A stretch of 64,000 bases of DNA from Eledone cirrhosa (Eukaryota): the NCBI GenBank assembly GCA_964016885.1, contig CAXHJY010001477.1, positions 434,001 to 498,000 on the forward strand, given 5' to 3'. The position numbers and the translations under genes were made by a program. Each line of letters opens with the position of its first letter. Positions within the stretch are counted from its first letter, which is position 1. The notes below the pieces were generated by a model. The model was given only the letters and a program-made list of their open reading frames with translations. It ran no database searches and had not been told where the DNA came from. Of this stretch, positions 12,901 through 27,900 are shown piece after piece.

Positions 12901-15900
12901 CCTGAGTTTCTTACATTAATCTATTGCCTGAATAAGGATAAATAACACCTGAGTTTGTTAAATTAATCTATCACCTGAAGAAGAATAAATCACACCTGAG
13001 TTTCTTAAATTAATCTATCACCTGAAGAAGGATAAATCACACCTGAGTTTCTTAAATTAATCTATCACCTGAAGAAGGATAAATCACACCTGAGATTCTG
13101 AATTTAATCTATCACCTGAAGAAGGATAAATCACAGCGGAGTTTGTTAAATTAATCTGTCACCTGAAGAAGGATAAATTACACCTGAGTTTGTTAAATTA
13201 ATCAATCACCTGAAGAAGGATAACTCACACCTGAGTTTCTTACATTAATCTATTGCCTGAATAAGGATAAATAACACCTGAGTTTCTTAAATTAATCTAT
13301 CACCTGAAGAAGAATAAATCACACCTGAGTTTCTTAAATTAATCTATCACCTGAAGAAGGATAAATCACACCTGAGTTTCTTAAATTAATCTATCACCTG
13401 AAGAAGGATAAATCACACCTGAGATTCTGAAATTAATCTATCACCTGAAGAAGGATGAATCACAGCGGAGTTTGTTAAATTAATCTGTCACCTGAAGAAG
13501 GATAAATCACACCTGAGTTTGTTAAATTTATCTAACACCTGAAGACGGATAAACAACAGCTGAGTTTCTTAAATTAATCAATCACATAAAGAAGGGTAAA
13601 TCACACCTGAGTTTCTGAAATTAATCTATCACCTGAAGAAGGATAAATCACACCGAGTCTCTGAAATTAATATATCACCTGAAGAAGGATAAATAACACC
13701 TGAGTTTCTTAAATTAATCTATCACCTGAAGAAGGATAAATAACATCTGAGTTTCTTAAAATTAATCTATCACCTGAAGAAGGATAAATCACACCTCAGG
13801 TTGTTAAATTAATCTATCACCTGAAGAAGTATAAATCACACCAGAGTTTCTTAAATTAGTCTATCACCTGAAGAAGGATAAATAACATCTGAGTTTCTTA
13901 AAATTAATCTATCACCTGAAGAAGGATAAATCACGTCTGAGTTTGTTAAATTAATCAATCACCTGAAGAAGGATAAATCACACCCAAGTTTGTTAACTTA
14001 ATCTATCACCTGAAGAAGGATAAATCACACCTGAGTTTGTTAAATTAATCTATCACCTGAAGAAGGATAAATCACACCTGAGTTTCTTAAATTAATCTAT
14101 CACCTGAAGAAGGATAAATTACACCTGAGTTTGTTAAATTAATCAATCACCTGAAGAAGGATAACTCACACCTGAGTTTCTTACATTAATCTATTGCCTG
14201 AATAAGGATAAATAACACCTGAGTTTGTTAAATTAATCTATCACCTGAAGAAGAATAAATCACACCTGAGTTTCTTAAATTAATCTATCACCTGAAGAAG
14301 GATAAATCACACCTGAGTTTCTTAAATTAATCTATCACCTGAAGAAGGATAAATCACACCTGAGATTCTGAAATTAATCTATCACCTGAAGAAGGATGAA
14401 TCACAGCGGAGTTTGTTAAATTAATCTGTCACCTGAAGAAGGATAAATTACACCTGAGTTTGTTAAATTAATCAATCACCTGAAGAAGGATAACTCACAC
14501 CTGAGTTTCTTACATTAATCTATTGCCTGAATAAGGATAAATAACACCTGAGTTTCTTAAATTAATCTATCACCTGAAGAAGAATAAATCACACCTGAGT
14601 TTCTTAAATTAATCTATCACCTGAAGAAGGATAAATCACACCTGAGTTTCTTAAATTAATCTATCACCTGAAGAAGGATAAATCACACCTGAGATTCTGA
14701 AATTAATCTATCACCTGAAGAAGGATGAATCACAGCGGAGTTTGTTAAATTAATCTGTCACCTGAAGAAGGATAAATCACACCTGAGTTTGTTAAATTAA
14801 TCTAACACCTGAAGACGGATAAACAACAGCTGAGTTTCTTAAATTAATCAATCACATAAAGAAGGGTAAATCACACCTGAGTTTCTGAAATTAATCTATC
14901 ACCTGAAGAAGGATAAATCACACCGAGTCTCTGAAATTAATCAATCACCTGAAGAAGGATAAATAACACCTGAGTTTCTTAAATTAATCTATCACCTGAA
15001 GAAGGATAAATAACATCTGAGTTTCTTAAAATTAATCTATCACCTGAAGAAGGATAAATCACACCTGAGTTTGTTAAATTAATCTATCACCTGAAGAAGT
15101 ATAAATCACACCAGAGTTTCTTAAATTAATCTATCACCTGAAGAAGGATAAATAACATCTGAGTTTCTTAAAATTAATCTATCACCTGAAGAAGGATAAA
15201 TCACACCTGAGTTTGTTAAATTAATCTATCACCTGAAGAAGTATAAATCACACCAGAGTTTCTTAAATTAATCTATCACCTGAAGAAGTATAAATCACAC
15301 CTGAGTTTCTTAAATTAATCTATCACCTGAAGAAGGATAAATCACGTCTGAGTTTGTTAAATTAATCTATCACCTGAAGAAGTATAAATCACACCAGAGT
15401 TTCTTAAATTAATCTATCACCTGAAGAAGGAGAAATCACACCCGAGTTTGTTAACATAATCTATCACCTGAAGAAGGATAAATCACACCTGAGTCTCTGA
15501 AATTAATCTATCACCTGAAGGAGAATAAATCACACCTGAGTTTCTTAAATTAGTCTATCACCTGAAGAAGGATAAATCACACCAGAGTTTCTTAAATTAA
15601 TCTATCACCTGAAGAAGGATAAATCACACCTGAGTTTCTTAAAATTAATCTATCACCTGAAGAAGGATAAATAACACCTGACTTTGTTAAATTAATCTAT
15701 CACCTGAAGAAGTATAAATCACACCAGAGTTTCTTTAATTAATCTATCACCTGAAGCAGGATAAATCACACCTGAGTTTGTTAAATTAATCTATCACATG
15801 AAGACGGATAAATAACACCCGAGTTTCTTAAATTAATCTATCACCTGAAGAAGGATAAATCACACCCGAGTTTTTTATATTAATCAATCACCTGAAGAAG

Positions 15901-18900
15901 CATAAATCACACCCGAGTTTGTTAAATTAATCTATCACCTGAAGAAGGAGAAATCACACCCGAGTTTGTTAACATAATCTATCACCTGAAGAAGGATAAA
16001 TCACACCTGAGTTTCTGAAATTAATCTATCACCTGAAGGAGAATAAATCACACCTGAGTTTCTTAAATTAGTCCATCACCTGAAGAAGGATAAATCACAC
16101 CAGAGTTTCTTAAATTAATCTATCACCTGAAGAAGGATAAATCACACCTGAGTTTGTTAAATTAATCAATCACCTGAAGAAGTATAAATCACACCAGAGT
16201 TTCTTTAATTAATCTATCACCTGAAGAAGGATAAATCACACCTGAGTTTCTTAAATTAATCAATCACCTGAAGAAGTATAAATTACACCAGAGTTTCTTA
16301 AATTAATCTATCACCCCAAGAAGGATAAATCACGTCTGAGTTTCTTAAATTAATCTATCACCTGAAGAAGGATAAATCACACCCGAGTTTGTTAACATAA
16401 TCTATCACCTGAAGAAGGATAAATCACGTCTGAGTTTCTTAAATTAATCTATCACCTGAAGAAGGATAAATCACACCCAAGTTTGTTAACTTAATCTATC
16501 ACCCGAAGAAGGATAAATCACACCTGAGTTTCTTAAATTAATCTATCACCTGAAGACGGATAAATAACACCCGAGTTTCTTAAATTAATCAATCACCTGA
16601 AGAAGTATAAATCACACCAGAGTTTCTTAAATTAATCTATCACCTGAAGGATAAATCACACCTGAGTTTCTTAAATTAATCTATCACCTGAAGAAGGAGA
16701 AATCACACCCAAGTTTGTTAACTTAATCTATCACCTGAAGAAGGATAAATCACACCTGAGTTTGTTAAATTAATCTATCACCTGAAGAAGCATAAATCAC
16801 ACCCGAGTTTGTTAAATTAATCTATCACCTGAAGAAGGATAAATCACACCTGAGTTTGTTAAATTAATCTATCACCTGAAGAAGGATAAATCACACCTGA
16901 GTTTATTAAATTAATCTATCACCTGAAGATGTATAAATAACACCTGAGTTTATTAAATTAATCTATCACCTGAAGAAGGATAAATCACACCTGAGTTTGT
17001 TAAATTAGTCTATCACATGAAGACGGATAAATAACACCCGAGTTTCTTAAATTAATCTATCACCTGAAGAAGGATAAATCACACCCGAGTTTTTCATATT
17101 AATCAATCATCTGAAGAAGCATAAATCACACCCGAGTTTCTGAAATTAATCTATCACCTGAAGGAGAATAAATCACACCTGAGTTTCTTAAATTAATCTA
17201 TCACCTGAAGAAGGATAAATCACACCAGAGTTTCTTAAATTAATCTATCACCTGAAGAAGGATAAATCACACCTGAGTTTGTTAAATTAATCAATCACCT
17301 GAAGAAGTATAAATCACACCAGAGTTTCTTAAATTAATCTATCACCTGAATAAGGATAAATCACGTCTGAGTTTGTTAAATTAATCAATCACCTGAAGAA
17401 GGATAAATCACACCCAAGTTTGTTAACTTAATCTATCACCTGAAGAAGGATAAATCACACCTGAGTTTGTTAAATTAATCTATCACCTGAAGAAGGATAA
17501 ATCACACCTGAGTTTCTTAAATTAATCTATCACCCGAAGAAGGATAAATTACACCTGAGTTTGTTGAATTAATCAATCACCTGAAGAAGGATAACTCACA
17601 CCTGAGTTTCTTACATTAATCTATTGCCTGAATAAGGATAAATAACACCTGAGTTTGTTAAATTAATCTATCACCTGAAGAAGAATAAATCACACCTGAG
17701 TTTCTTAAATTAATCTATCACCTGAAGAAGGATAAATCACACCTGAGTTTCTTAAATTAATCTATCACCTGAAGAAGGATAAATCACACCTGAGATTCTG
17801 AAATTAATCTATCACCTGAAGAAGGATAAATCACAGCGGAGTTTGTTAAATTAATCTGTCACCTGAAGAAGGATAAATTACACCTGAGTTTGTTAAATTA
17901 ATCAATCACCTGAAGAAGGATAACTCACACCTGAGTTTCTTACATTAATCTATTGCCTGAATAAGGATAAATAACACCTGAGTTTCTTAAATTAATCTAT
18001 CACCTGAAGAAGAATAAATCACACCTGAGTTTCTTAAATTAATCTATCACCTGAAGAAGGATAAATCACACCTGAGTTTCTTAAATTAATCTATCACCTG
18101 AAGAAGGATAAATCACACCTGAGATTCTGAAATTAATCTATCACCTGAAGAAGGATGAATCACAGCGGAGTTTGTTAAATTAATCTGTCACCTGAAGAAG
18201 GATAAATCACACCTGAGTTTGTTAAATTAATCTAACACCTGAAGACGGATAAACAACAGCTGAGTTTCTTAAATTAATCAATCACATAAAGAAGGGTAAA
18301 TCACACCTGAGTTTCTGAAATTAATCTATCACCTGAAGAAGGATAAATCACACCGAGTCTCTGAAATTAATATATCACCTGAAGAAGGATAAATAACACC
18401 TGAGTTTCTTAAATTAATCTATCACCTGAAGAAGGATAAATAACATCTGAGTTTCTTAAAATTAATCTATCACCTGAAGAAGGATAAATCACACCTCAGG
18501 TTGTTAAATTAATCTATCACCTGAAGAAGTATAAATCACACCAGAGTTTCTTAAATTAGTCTATCACCTGAAGAAGGATAAATAACATCTGAGTTTCTTA
18601 AAATTAATCTATCACCTGAAGAAGGATAAATCACGTCTGAGTTTGTTAAATTAATCAATCACCTGAAGAAGGATAAATCACACCCAAGTTTGTTAACTTA
18701 ATCTATCACCTGAAGAAGGATAAATCACACCTGAGTTTGTTAAATTAATCTATCACCTGAAGAAGGATAAATCACACCTGAGTTTCTTAAATTAATCTAT
18801 CACCTGAAGAAGGATAAATTACACCTGAGTTTGTTAAATTAATCAATCACCTGAAGAAGGATAACTCACACCTGAGTTTCTTACATTAATCTATTGCCTG

Positions 18901-21900
18901 AATAAGGATAAATAACACCTGAGTTTGTTAAATTAATCTATCACCTGAAGAAGAATAAATCACACCTGAGTTTCTTAAATTAATCTATCACCTGAAGAAG
19001 GATAAATCACACCTGAGTTTCTTAAATTAATCTATCACCTGAAGAAGGATAAATCACACCTGAGATTCTGAAATTAATCTATCACCTGAAGAAGGATGAA
19101 TCACAGCGGAGTTTGTTAAATTAATCTGTCACCTGAAGAAGGATAAATTACACCTGAGTTTGTTAAATTAATCAATCACCTGAAGAAGGATAACTCACAC
19201 CTGAGTTTCTTACATTAATCTATTGCCTGAATAAGGATAAATAACACCTGAGTTTCTTAAATTAATCTATCACCTGAAGAAGAATAAATCACACCTGAGT
19301 TTCTTAAATTAATCTATCACCTGAAGAAGGATAAATCACACCTGAGTTTCTTAAATTAATCTATCACCTGAAGAAGGATAAATCACACCTGAGATTCTGA
19401 AATTAATCTATCACCTGAAGAAGGATGAATCACAGCGGAGTTTGTTAAATTAATCTGTCACCTGAAGAAGGATAAATCACACCTGAGTTTGTTAAATTAA
19501 TCTAACACCTGAAGACGGATAAACAACAGCTGAGTTTCTTAAATTAATCAATCACATAAAGAAGGGTAAATCACACCTGAGTTTCTGAAATTAATCTATC
19601 ACCTGAAGAAGGATAAATCACACCGAGTCTCTGAAATTAATCTATCACCTGAAGAAGGATAAATAACACCTGAGTTTCTTAAATTAATCTATCACCTGAA
19701 GAAGGATAAATAACATCTGAGTTTCTTAAAATTAATCTATCACCTGAAGAAGGATAAATCACACCTGAGTTTGTTAAATTAATCTATCACCTGAAGAAGT
19801 ATAAATCACACCAGAGTTTCTTAAATTAATCTATCACCTGAAGAAGTATAAATCACACCTGAGTTTCTTAAATTAATCTATCACCTGAAGAAGGATAAAT
19901 CACGTCTGAGTTTGTTAAATTAATCTATCACCTGAAGAAGTATAAATCACACCAGAGTTTCTTAAATTAATCTATCACCTGAAGAAGGAGAAATCACACC
20001 CGAGTTTGTTAACATAATCTATCACCTGAAGAAGGATAAATCACACCTGAGTCTCTGAAATTAATCTATCACCTGAAGGAGAATAAATCACACCTGAGTT
20101 TCTTAAATTAGTCTATCACCTGAAGAAGGATAAATCACACCAGAGTTTCTTAAATTAATCTATCACCTGAAGAAGGATAAATCACACCTGCGTTTCTTAA
20201 ATTAATCTATCACATGAAGACGGATAAATAACACCCGAGTTTCTTAAATTAATCTATCACCTGAAGAAGGATAAATCACACCCGAGTTTTTTATATTAAT
20301 CAATCACCTGAAGAAGCATAAATCACACCCGAGTTTGTTAAATTAATCTATCACCTGAAGAAGGAGAAATCACACCCGAGTTTGTTAACATAATCTATCA
20401 CCTGAAGAAGGATAAATCACACCTGAGTTTCTGAAATTAATCTATCACCTGAAGGAGAATAAATCACACCTGAGTTTCTTAAATTAGTCCATCACCTGAA
20501 GAAGGATAAATCACACCAGAGTTTCTTAAATTAATCTATCACCTGAAGAAGGATAAATCACACCTGAGTTTCTTAAATTAATCAATCACCTGAAGAAGTA
20601 TAAATCACACCAGAGTTTCTTTAATTAATCTATCACCTGAAGAAGGATAAATCACACCTGAGTTTCTTAAATTAATCAATCACCTGAAGAAGTATAAATT
20701 ACACCAGAGTTTCTTAAATTAATCTATCACCCCAAGAAGGATAAATCACGTCTGAGTTTCTTAAATTAATCTATCACCTGAAGAAGGATAAATCACACCC
20801 GAGTTTGTTAACATAATCTATCACCTGAAGAAGGATAAATCACGTCTGAGTTTCTTAAATTAATCTATCACCTGAAGAAGGATAAATCACACCCAAGTTT
20901 GTTAACTTAATCTATCACCCGAAGAAGGATAAATCACACCTGAGTTTCTTAAATTAATCTATCACCTGAAGACGGATAAATAACACCCGAGTTTCTTAAA
21001 TTAATCTATCACCTGAAGAAGGATAAATCACACCTGAGTTTCTTAAATTAATCAATCACCTGAAGAAGTATAAATCACACCAGAGTTTCTTAAATTAATC
21101 TATCACCTGAAGGATAAATCACACCTGAGTTTCTTAAATTAATCTATCACCTGAAGAAGGAGAAATCACACCCAAGTTTGTTAACTTAATCTATCACCTG
21201 AAGAAGGATAAATCACACCTGAGTTTGTTAAATTAATCTATCACCTGAAGAAGCATAAATCACACCCGAGTTTGTTAAATTAATCTATCACCTGAAGAAG
21301 GATAAATCACACCTGAGTTTGTTAAATTAATCTATCACCTGAAGAAGGATAAATCACACCTGAGTTTATTAAATTAATCTATCACCTGAAGATGTATAAA
21401 TAACACCTGAGTTTATTAAATTAATCTATCACCTGAAGAAGGATAAATCACACCTGAGTTTGTTAAATTAGTCTATCACATGAAGACGGATAAATAACAC
21501 CCGAGTTTCTTAAATTAATCTATCACCTGAAGAAGGATAAATCACACCCGAGTTTTTCATATTAATCAATCATCTGAAGAAGCATAAATCACACCCGAGT
21601 TTGTTAAATTAATCTCTCACCTGAAGAAGGAGAAATCACACCCGAGTTTGTTAACATAATCTATCACCTGAAGAAGGATAATTCACACCTGAGTTTCTGA
21701 AATTAATCTATCACCTGAAGGAGAATAAATCACACCTGAGTTTCTTAAATTAATCTATCACCTGAAGAAGGATAAATCACACCAGAGTTTCTTAAATTAA
21801 TCTATCACCTGAAGAAGGATAAATCACACCTGAGTTTGTTAAATTAATCAATCACCTGAAGAAGTATAAATCACACCAGAGTTTCTTAAATTAATCAATC

Positions 21901-24900
21901 ACCTGAAGAAGGATAAATCACACCCAAGTTTGTTAACTTAATCTATCACCTGAAGAAGGATAAATCACACCTGAGATTCTGAAATTAATCTATCACCTGA
22001 AGAAGGATGAATCACAGCGGAGTTTGTTAAATTAATCTGTCACCTGAAGAAGGATAAATTACACCTGAGTTTGTTAAATTAATCAATCACCTGAAGAAGG
22101 ATAACTCACACCTGAGTTTCTTACATTAATCTATTGCCTGAATAAGGATAAATAACACCTGAGTTTCTTAAATTAATCTATCACCTGAAGAAGAATAAAT
22201 CACACCTGAGTTTCTTAAATTAATCTATTACCTGAAGAAGGATAAATCACACCTGAGTTTCTTAAATTAATCTATCACCTGAAGAAGGATAAATCACACC
22301 TGAGATTCTGAAATTAATCTATCACCTGAAGAAGGATGAATCACAGCGGAGTTTGTTAAATTAATCTGTCACCTGAAGAAGGATAAATCACACCTGAGTT
22401 TGTTAAATTAATCTAACACCTGAAGACGGATAAACAACAGCTGAGTTTCTTAAATTAATCAATCACATAAAGAAGGGTAAATCACACCTGAGTTTCTGAA
22501 ATTAATCTATCACCTGAAGAAGGATAAATCACACCGAGTCTCTGAAATTAATATATCACCTGAAGAAGGATAAATAACACCTGAGTTTCTTAAATTAATC
22601 TATCACCTGAAGAAGGATAAATAACATCTGAGTTTCTTAAAATTAATCTATCACCTGAAGAAGGATAAATCACACCTCAGTTTGTTAAATTAATCTATCA
22701 CCTGAAGAAGTATAAATCACACCAGAGTTTCTTAAATTAGTCTATCACCTGAAGAAGGATAAATAACATCTGAGTTTCTTAAAATTAATCTATCACCTGA
22801 AGAAGGATAAATCACGTCTGAGTTTGTTAAATTAATCAATCACCTGAAGAAGGATAAATCACACCCAAGTTTGTTAACTTAATCTATCACCTGAAGAAGG
22901 ATAAATCACACCTGAGTTTGTTAAATTAATCTATCACCTGAAGAAGGATAAATCACACCTGAGTTTCTTAAATTAATCTATCACCTGAAGAAGGATAAAT
23001 TACACCTGAGTTTGTTAAATTAATCAATCACCTGAAGAAGGATAACTCACACCTGAGTTTCTTACATTAATCTATTGCCTGAATAAGGATAAATAACACC
23101 TGAGTTTGTTAAATTAATCTATCACCTGAAGAAGAATAAATCACACCCGAGTTTCTTAAATTAATCTATCACCCGAAGAAGGATAAATCACACCTGAGTT
23201 TCTTAAATTAATCTATCACCTGAAGAAGGATAAATCACACCTGAGATTCTGAAATTAATCTATCACCTGACGAAGGATGAATCACAGCGGAGTTTGTTAA
23301 ATTAATCTGTCACCTGAAGAAGGATAAATTACACCTGAGTTTGTTAAATTAATCAATCACCTGAAGAAGGATAACTCACACCTGAGTTTCTTACATTAAT
23401 CTATTGCCTGAATAAGGATAAATAACACCTGAGTTTCTTAAATTAATCTATCACCTGAAGAAGAATAAATCACACCTGAGTTTCTTAAATTAATCTATCA
23501 CCTGAAGAAGGATAAATCACACCTGAGTTTCTTAAATTAATCTATCACCTGAAGAAGGATAAATCACACCTGAGATTCTGAAATTAATCTATTACCTGAA
23601 GAAGGATGAATCACAGCGGAGTTTGTTAAATTAATCTGTCACCTGAAGAAGGATAAATCACACCTGAGTTTGTTAAATTAATCTAACACCTGAAGACGGA
23701 TAAACAACAGCTGAGTTTCTTAAATTAATCAATCACATAAAGAAGGGTAAATCACACCTGAGTTTCTGAAATTAATCTATCACCTGAAGAAGGATAAATC
23801 ACACCGAGTCTCTGAAATTAATCTATCACCTGAAGAAGGATAAATAACACCTGAGTTTCTTAAATTAATCTATCACCTGAAGAAGGATAAATAACATCTG
23901 AGTTTCTTAAAATTAATCTATCACCTGAAGAAGGATAAATCGCACCTGAGTTTGTTAAATTAATCTATCACCTGAAGAAGTATAAATCACACCAGAGTTT
24001 CTTAAATTAGTCTATCACCTGAAGAAGGATAAATAACATCTGAGTTTCTTAAAATTAATCTATCACCTGAAGAAGGATAAATCACACCTGAGTTTGTTAA
24101 ATTAATCAATCACCTGAAGAAGGATAACTCACACCTGAGTTTCTTACATTAATCTATTGCCTGAATAAGGATAAATAACACCTGAGTTTGTTAAATTAAT
24201 CTATCACCTGAAGAAGAATAAATCACACCCGAGTTTCTTAAATTAATCTATCACCCGAAGAAGGATAAATCACACCTGAGTTTCTTAAATTAATCTATCA
24301 CCTGAAGAAGGATAAATCACACCTGAGATTCTGAAATTAATCTATCACCTGAAGAAGGATGAATCACAGCGGAGTTTGTTAAATTAATCTGTCACCTGAA
24401 GAAGGATAAATTACACCTGAGTTTGTTAAATTAATCAATCACCTGAAGAAGGATAACTCACACCTGAGTTTCTTACATTAATCTATTGCCTGAATAAGGA
24501 TAAATAACACCTGAGTTTCTTAAATTAATCTATCACCTGAAGAAGAATAAATCACACCTGAGTTTCTTAAATTAATCTATCACCTGAAGAAGGATAAATC
24601 ACACCTGAGTTTCTTAAATTAATCTATCACCTGAAGAAGGATAAATCACACCTGAGATTCTGAAATTAATCTATCACCTGAAGAAGGATGAATCACAGCG
24701 GAGTTTGTTAAATTAATCTGTCACCTGAAGAAGGATAAATCACACCTGAGTTTGTTAAATTAATCTAACACCTGAAGACGGATAAACAACAGCTGAGTTT
24801 CTTAAATTAATCAATCACATAAAGAAGGGTAAATCACACCTGATTCTGAAATTAATCTATCACCTGAAGAAGGATAAATCACACCGAGTCTCTGAAATTA

Positions 24901-27900
24901 ATCTATCACCTGAAGAAGGATAAATAACACCTGAGTTTCTTAAATTAATCTATCACCTGAAGAAGGATAAATAACATCTGAGTTTCTTAAAATTAATCTA
25001 TCACCTGAAGAAGGATAAATCACACCTGAGTTTGTTAAATTAATCTATCACCTGAAGAAGTATAAATCACACCAGAGTTTCTTAAATTAGTCTATCACCT
25101 GAAGAAGGATAAATAACATCTGAGTTTCTTAAAATTAATCTATCACCTGAAGAAGGATAAATCACACCTGAGTTTGTTAAATTAATCTATCACCTGAAGA
25201 AGTATAAATCACACCAGAGTTTCTTAAATTAATCTATCACCTGAAGAAGTATAAATCACACCTGAGTTTCTTAAATTAATCTATCACCTGAAGAAGGATA
25301 AATCACGTCTGAGTTTGTTAAATTAATCTATCACCTGAAGAAGTATAAATCACACCAGAGTTTCTTAAATTAATCTATCACCTGAAGAAGTATAAATCAC
25401 AGCTGAGTTTCTTAAATTAATCTATCACCTGAAGAAGGATAAATCACGTCTGAGTTTGTTAAATTAATCAATCACCTGAAGAAGGATAAATCACACCCAA
25501 GTTTGTTAACTTAATCTATCACCTGAAGAAGGATAAATCACACCTGAGTTTGTTAAATTAATCTATCAACTGAAGAAGGATAAATCACACCTGAGTTTCT
25601 TAAATTAATCTATCACCTGAAGAAGGATAAATTACACCTGAGTTTGTTAAATTAATCAATCACCTGAAGAAGGATAACTCACACCTGAGTTTCTTACATT
25701 AATCTATTGCCTGAATAAGGATAAATAACACCTGAGTTTGTTAAATTAATCTATCACCTGAAGAAGAATAAATCACACCTGAGTTTCTTAAATTAATCTA
25801 TCACCTGAAGAAGGATAAATCACACCTGAGTTTCTTAAATTAATCTATCACCTGAAGAAGGATAAATCACACCTGAGATTCTGAAATTAATCTATCACCT
25901 GAAGAAGGATGAATCACAGGGGAGTTTGTTAAATTAATCTGTCACCTGAAGAAGGATAAATTACACCTGAGTTTGTTAAATTAATCAATCACCTGAAGAA
26001 GGATAACTCACACCTGAGTTTCTTACATTAATCTATTGCCTGAATAAGGATAAATAACACCTGAGTTTCTTAAATTAATCTATCACCTGAAGAAGAATAA
26101 ATCACACCTGAGTTTCTTAAATTAATCTATCACCTGAAGAAGGATAAATCACACCTGAGTTTCTTAAATTAATCTATCACCTGAAGAAGGATAAATCACA
26201 CCTGAGATTCTGAAATTAATCTATCACCTGAAGAAGGATGAATCACAGCGGAGTTTGTTAAATTAATCTGTCACCTGAAGAAGGATAAATCACACCTGAG
26301 TTTGTTAAATTAATCTAACACCTGAAGACGGATAAACAACAGCTGAGTTTCTTAAATTAATCAATCACATAAAGAAGGGTAAATCACACCTGAGTTTCTG
26401 AAATTAATCTATCACCTGAAGAAGGATAAATCACACCGAGTCTCTGAAATTAATCTATCACCTGAAGAAGGATAAATAACACCTGAGTTTCTTAAATTAA
26501 TCTATCACCTGAAGAAGGATAAATAACATCTGAGTTTCTTAAAATTAATCTATCACCTGAAGAAGGATAAATCACACCTGAGTTTGTTAAATTAATCTAT
26601 CACCTGAAGAAGTATAAATCACACCAGAGTTTCTTAAATTAGTCTATCACCTGAAGAAGGATAAATAACATCTGAGTTTCTTAAAATTAATCTATCACCT
26701 GAAGAAGGATAAATCACACCTGAGTTTGTTAAATTAATCAATCACCTGAAGAAGGATAACTCACACCTGAGTTTCTTACATTAATCTATTGCCTGAATAA
26801 GGATAAATAACACCTGAGTTTGTTAAATTAATCTATCACCTGAAGAAGAATAAATCACACCCGAGTTTCTTAAATTAATCTATCACCCGAAGAAGGATAA
26901 ATCACACCTGAGTTTCTTAAATTAATCTATCACCTGAAGAAGGATAAATCACACCTGAGATTCTGAAATTAATCTATCACCTGAAGAAGGATGAATCACA
27001 GCGGAGTTTGTTAAATTAATCTGTCACCTGAAGAAGGATAAATTACACCTGAGTTTGTTAAATTAATCAATCACCTGAAGAAGGATAACTCACACCTGAG
27101 TTTCTTACATTAATCTATTGCCTGAATAAGGATAAATAACACCTGAGTTTCTTAAATTAATCTATCACCTGAAGAAGAATAAATCACACCTGAGTTTCTT
27201 AAATTAATCTATCACCTGAAGAAGGATAAATCACACCTGAGTTTCTTAAATTAATCTATCACCTGAAGAAGGATAAATCACACCTGAGATTCTGAAATTA
27301 ATCTATCACCTGAAGAAGGATGAATCACAGCGGAGTTTGTTAAATTAATCTGTCACCTGAAGAAGGATAAATCACACCTGAGTTTGTTAAATTAATCTAA
27401 CACCTGAAGACGGATAAACAACAGCTGAGTTTCTTAAATTAATCAATCACATAAAGAAGGGTAAATCACACCTGAGTTTCTGAAATTAATCTATCACCTG
27501 AAGAAGGATAAATCACACCGAGTCTCTGAAATTAATCTATCACCTGAAGAAGGATAAATAACACCTGAGTTTCTTAAATTAATCTATCACCTGAAGAAGG
27601 ATAAATAACATCTGAGTTTCTTAAAATTAATCTATCACCTGAAGAAGGATAAATCACACCTGAGTTTGTTAAATTAATCTATCACCTGAAGAAGTATAAA
27701 TCACACCAGAGTTTCTTAAATTAGTCTATCACCTGAAGAAGGATAAATAACATCTGAGTTTCTTAAAATTAATCTATCACCTGAAGAAGGATAAATCACA
27801 CCTGAGTTTGTTAAATTAATCTATCACCTGAAGAAGTATAAATCACACCAGAGTTTCTTAAATTAATCTATCACCTGAAGAAGTATAAATCACACCTGAG

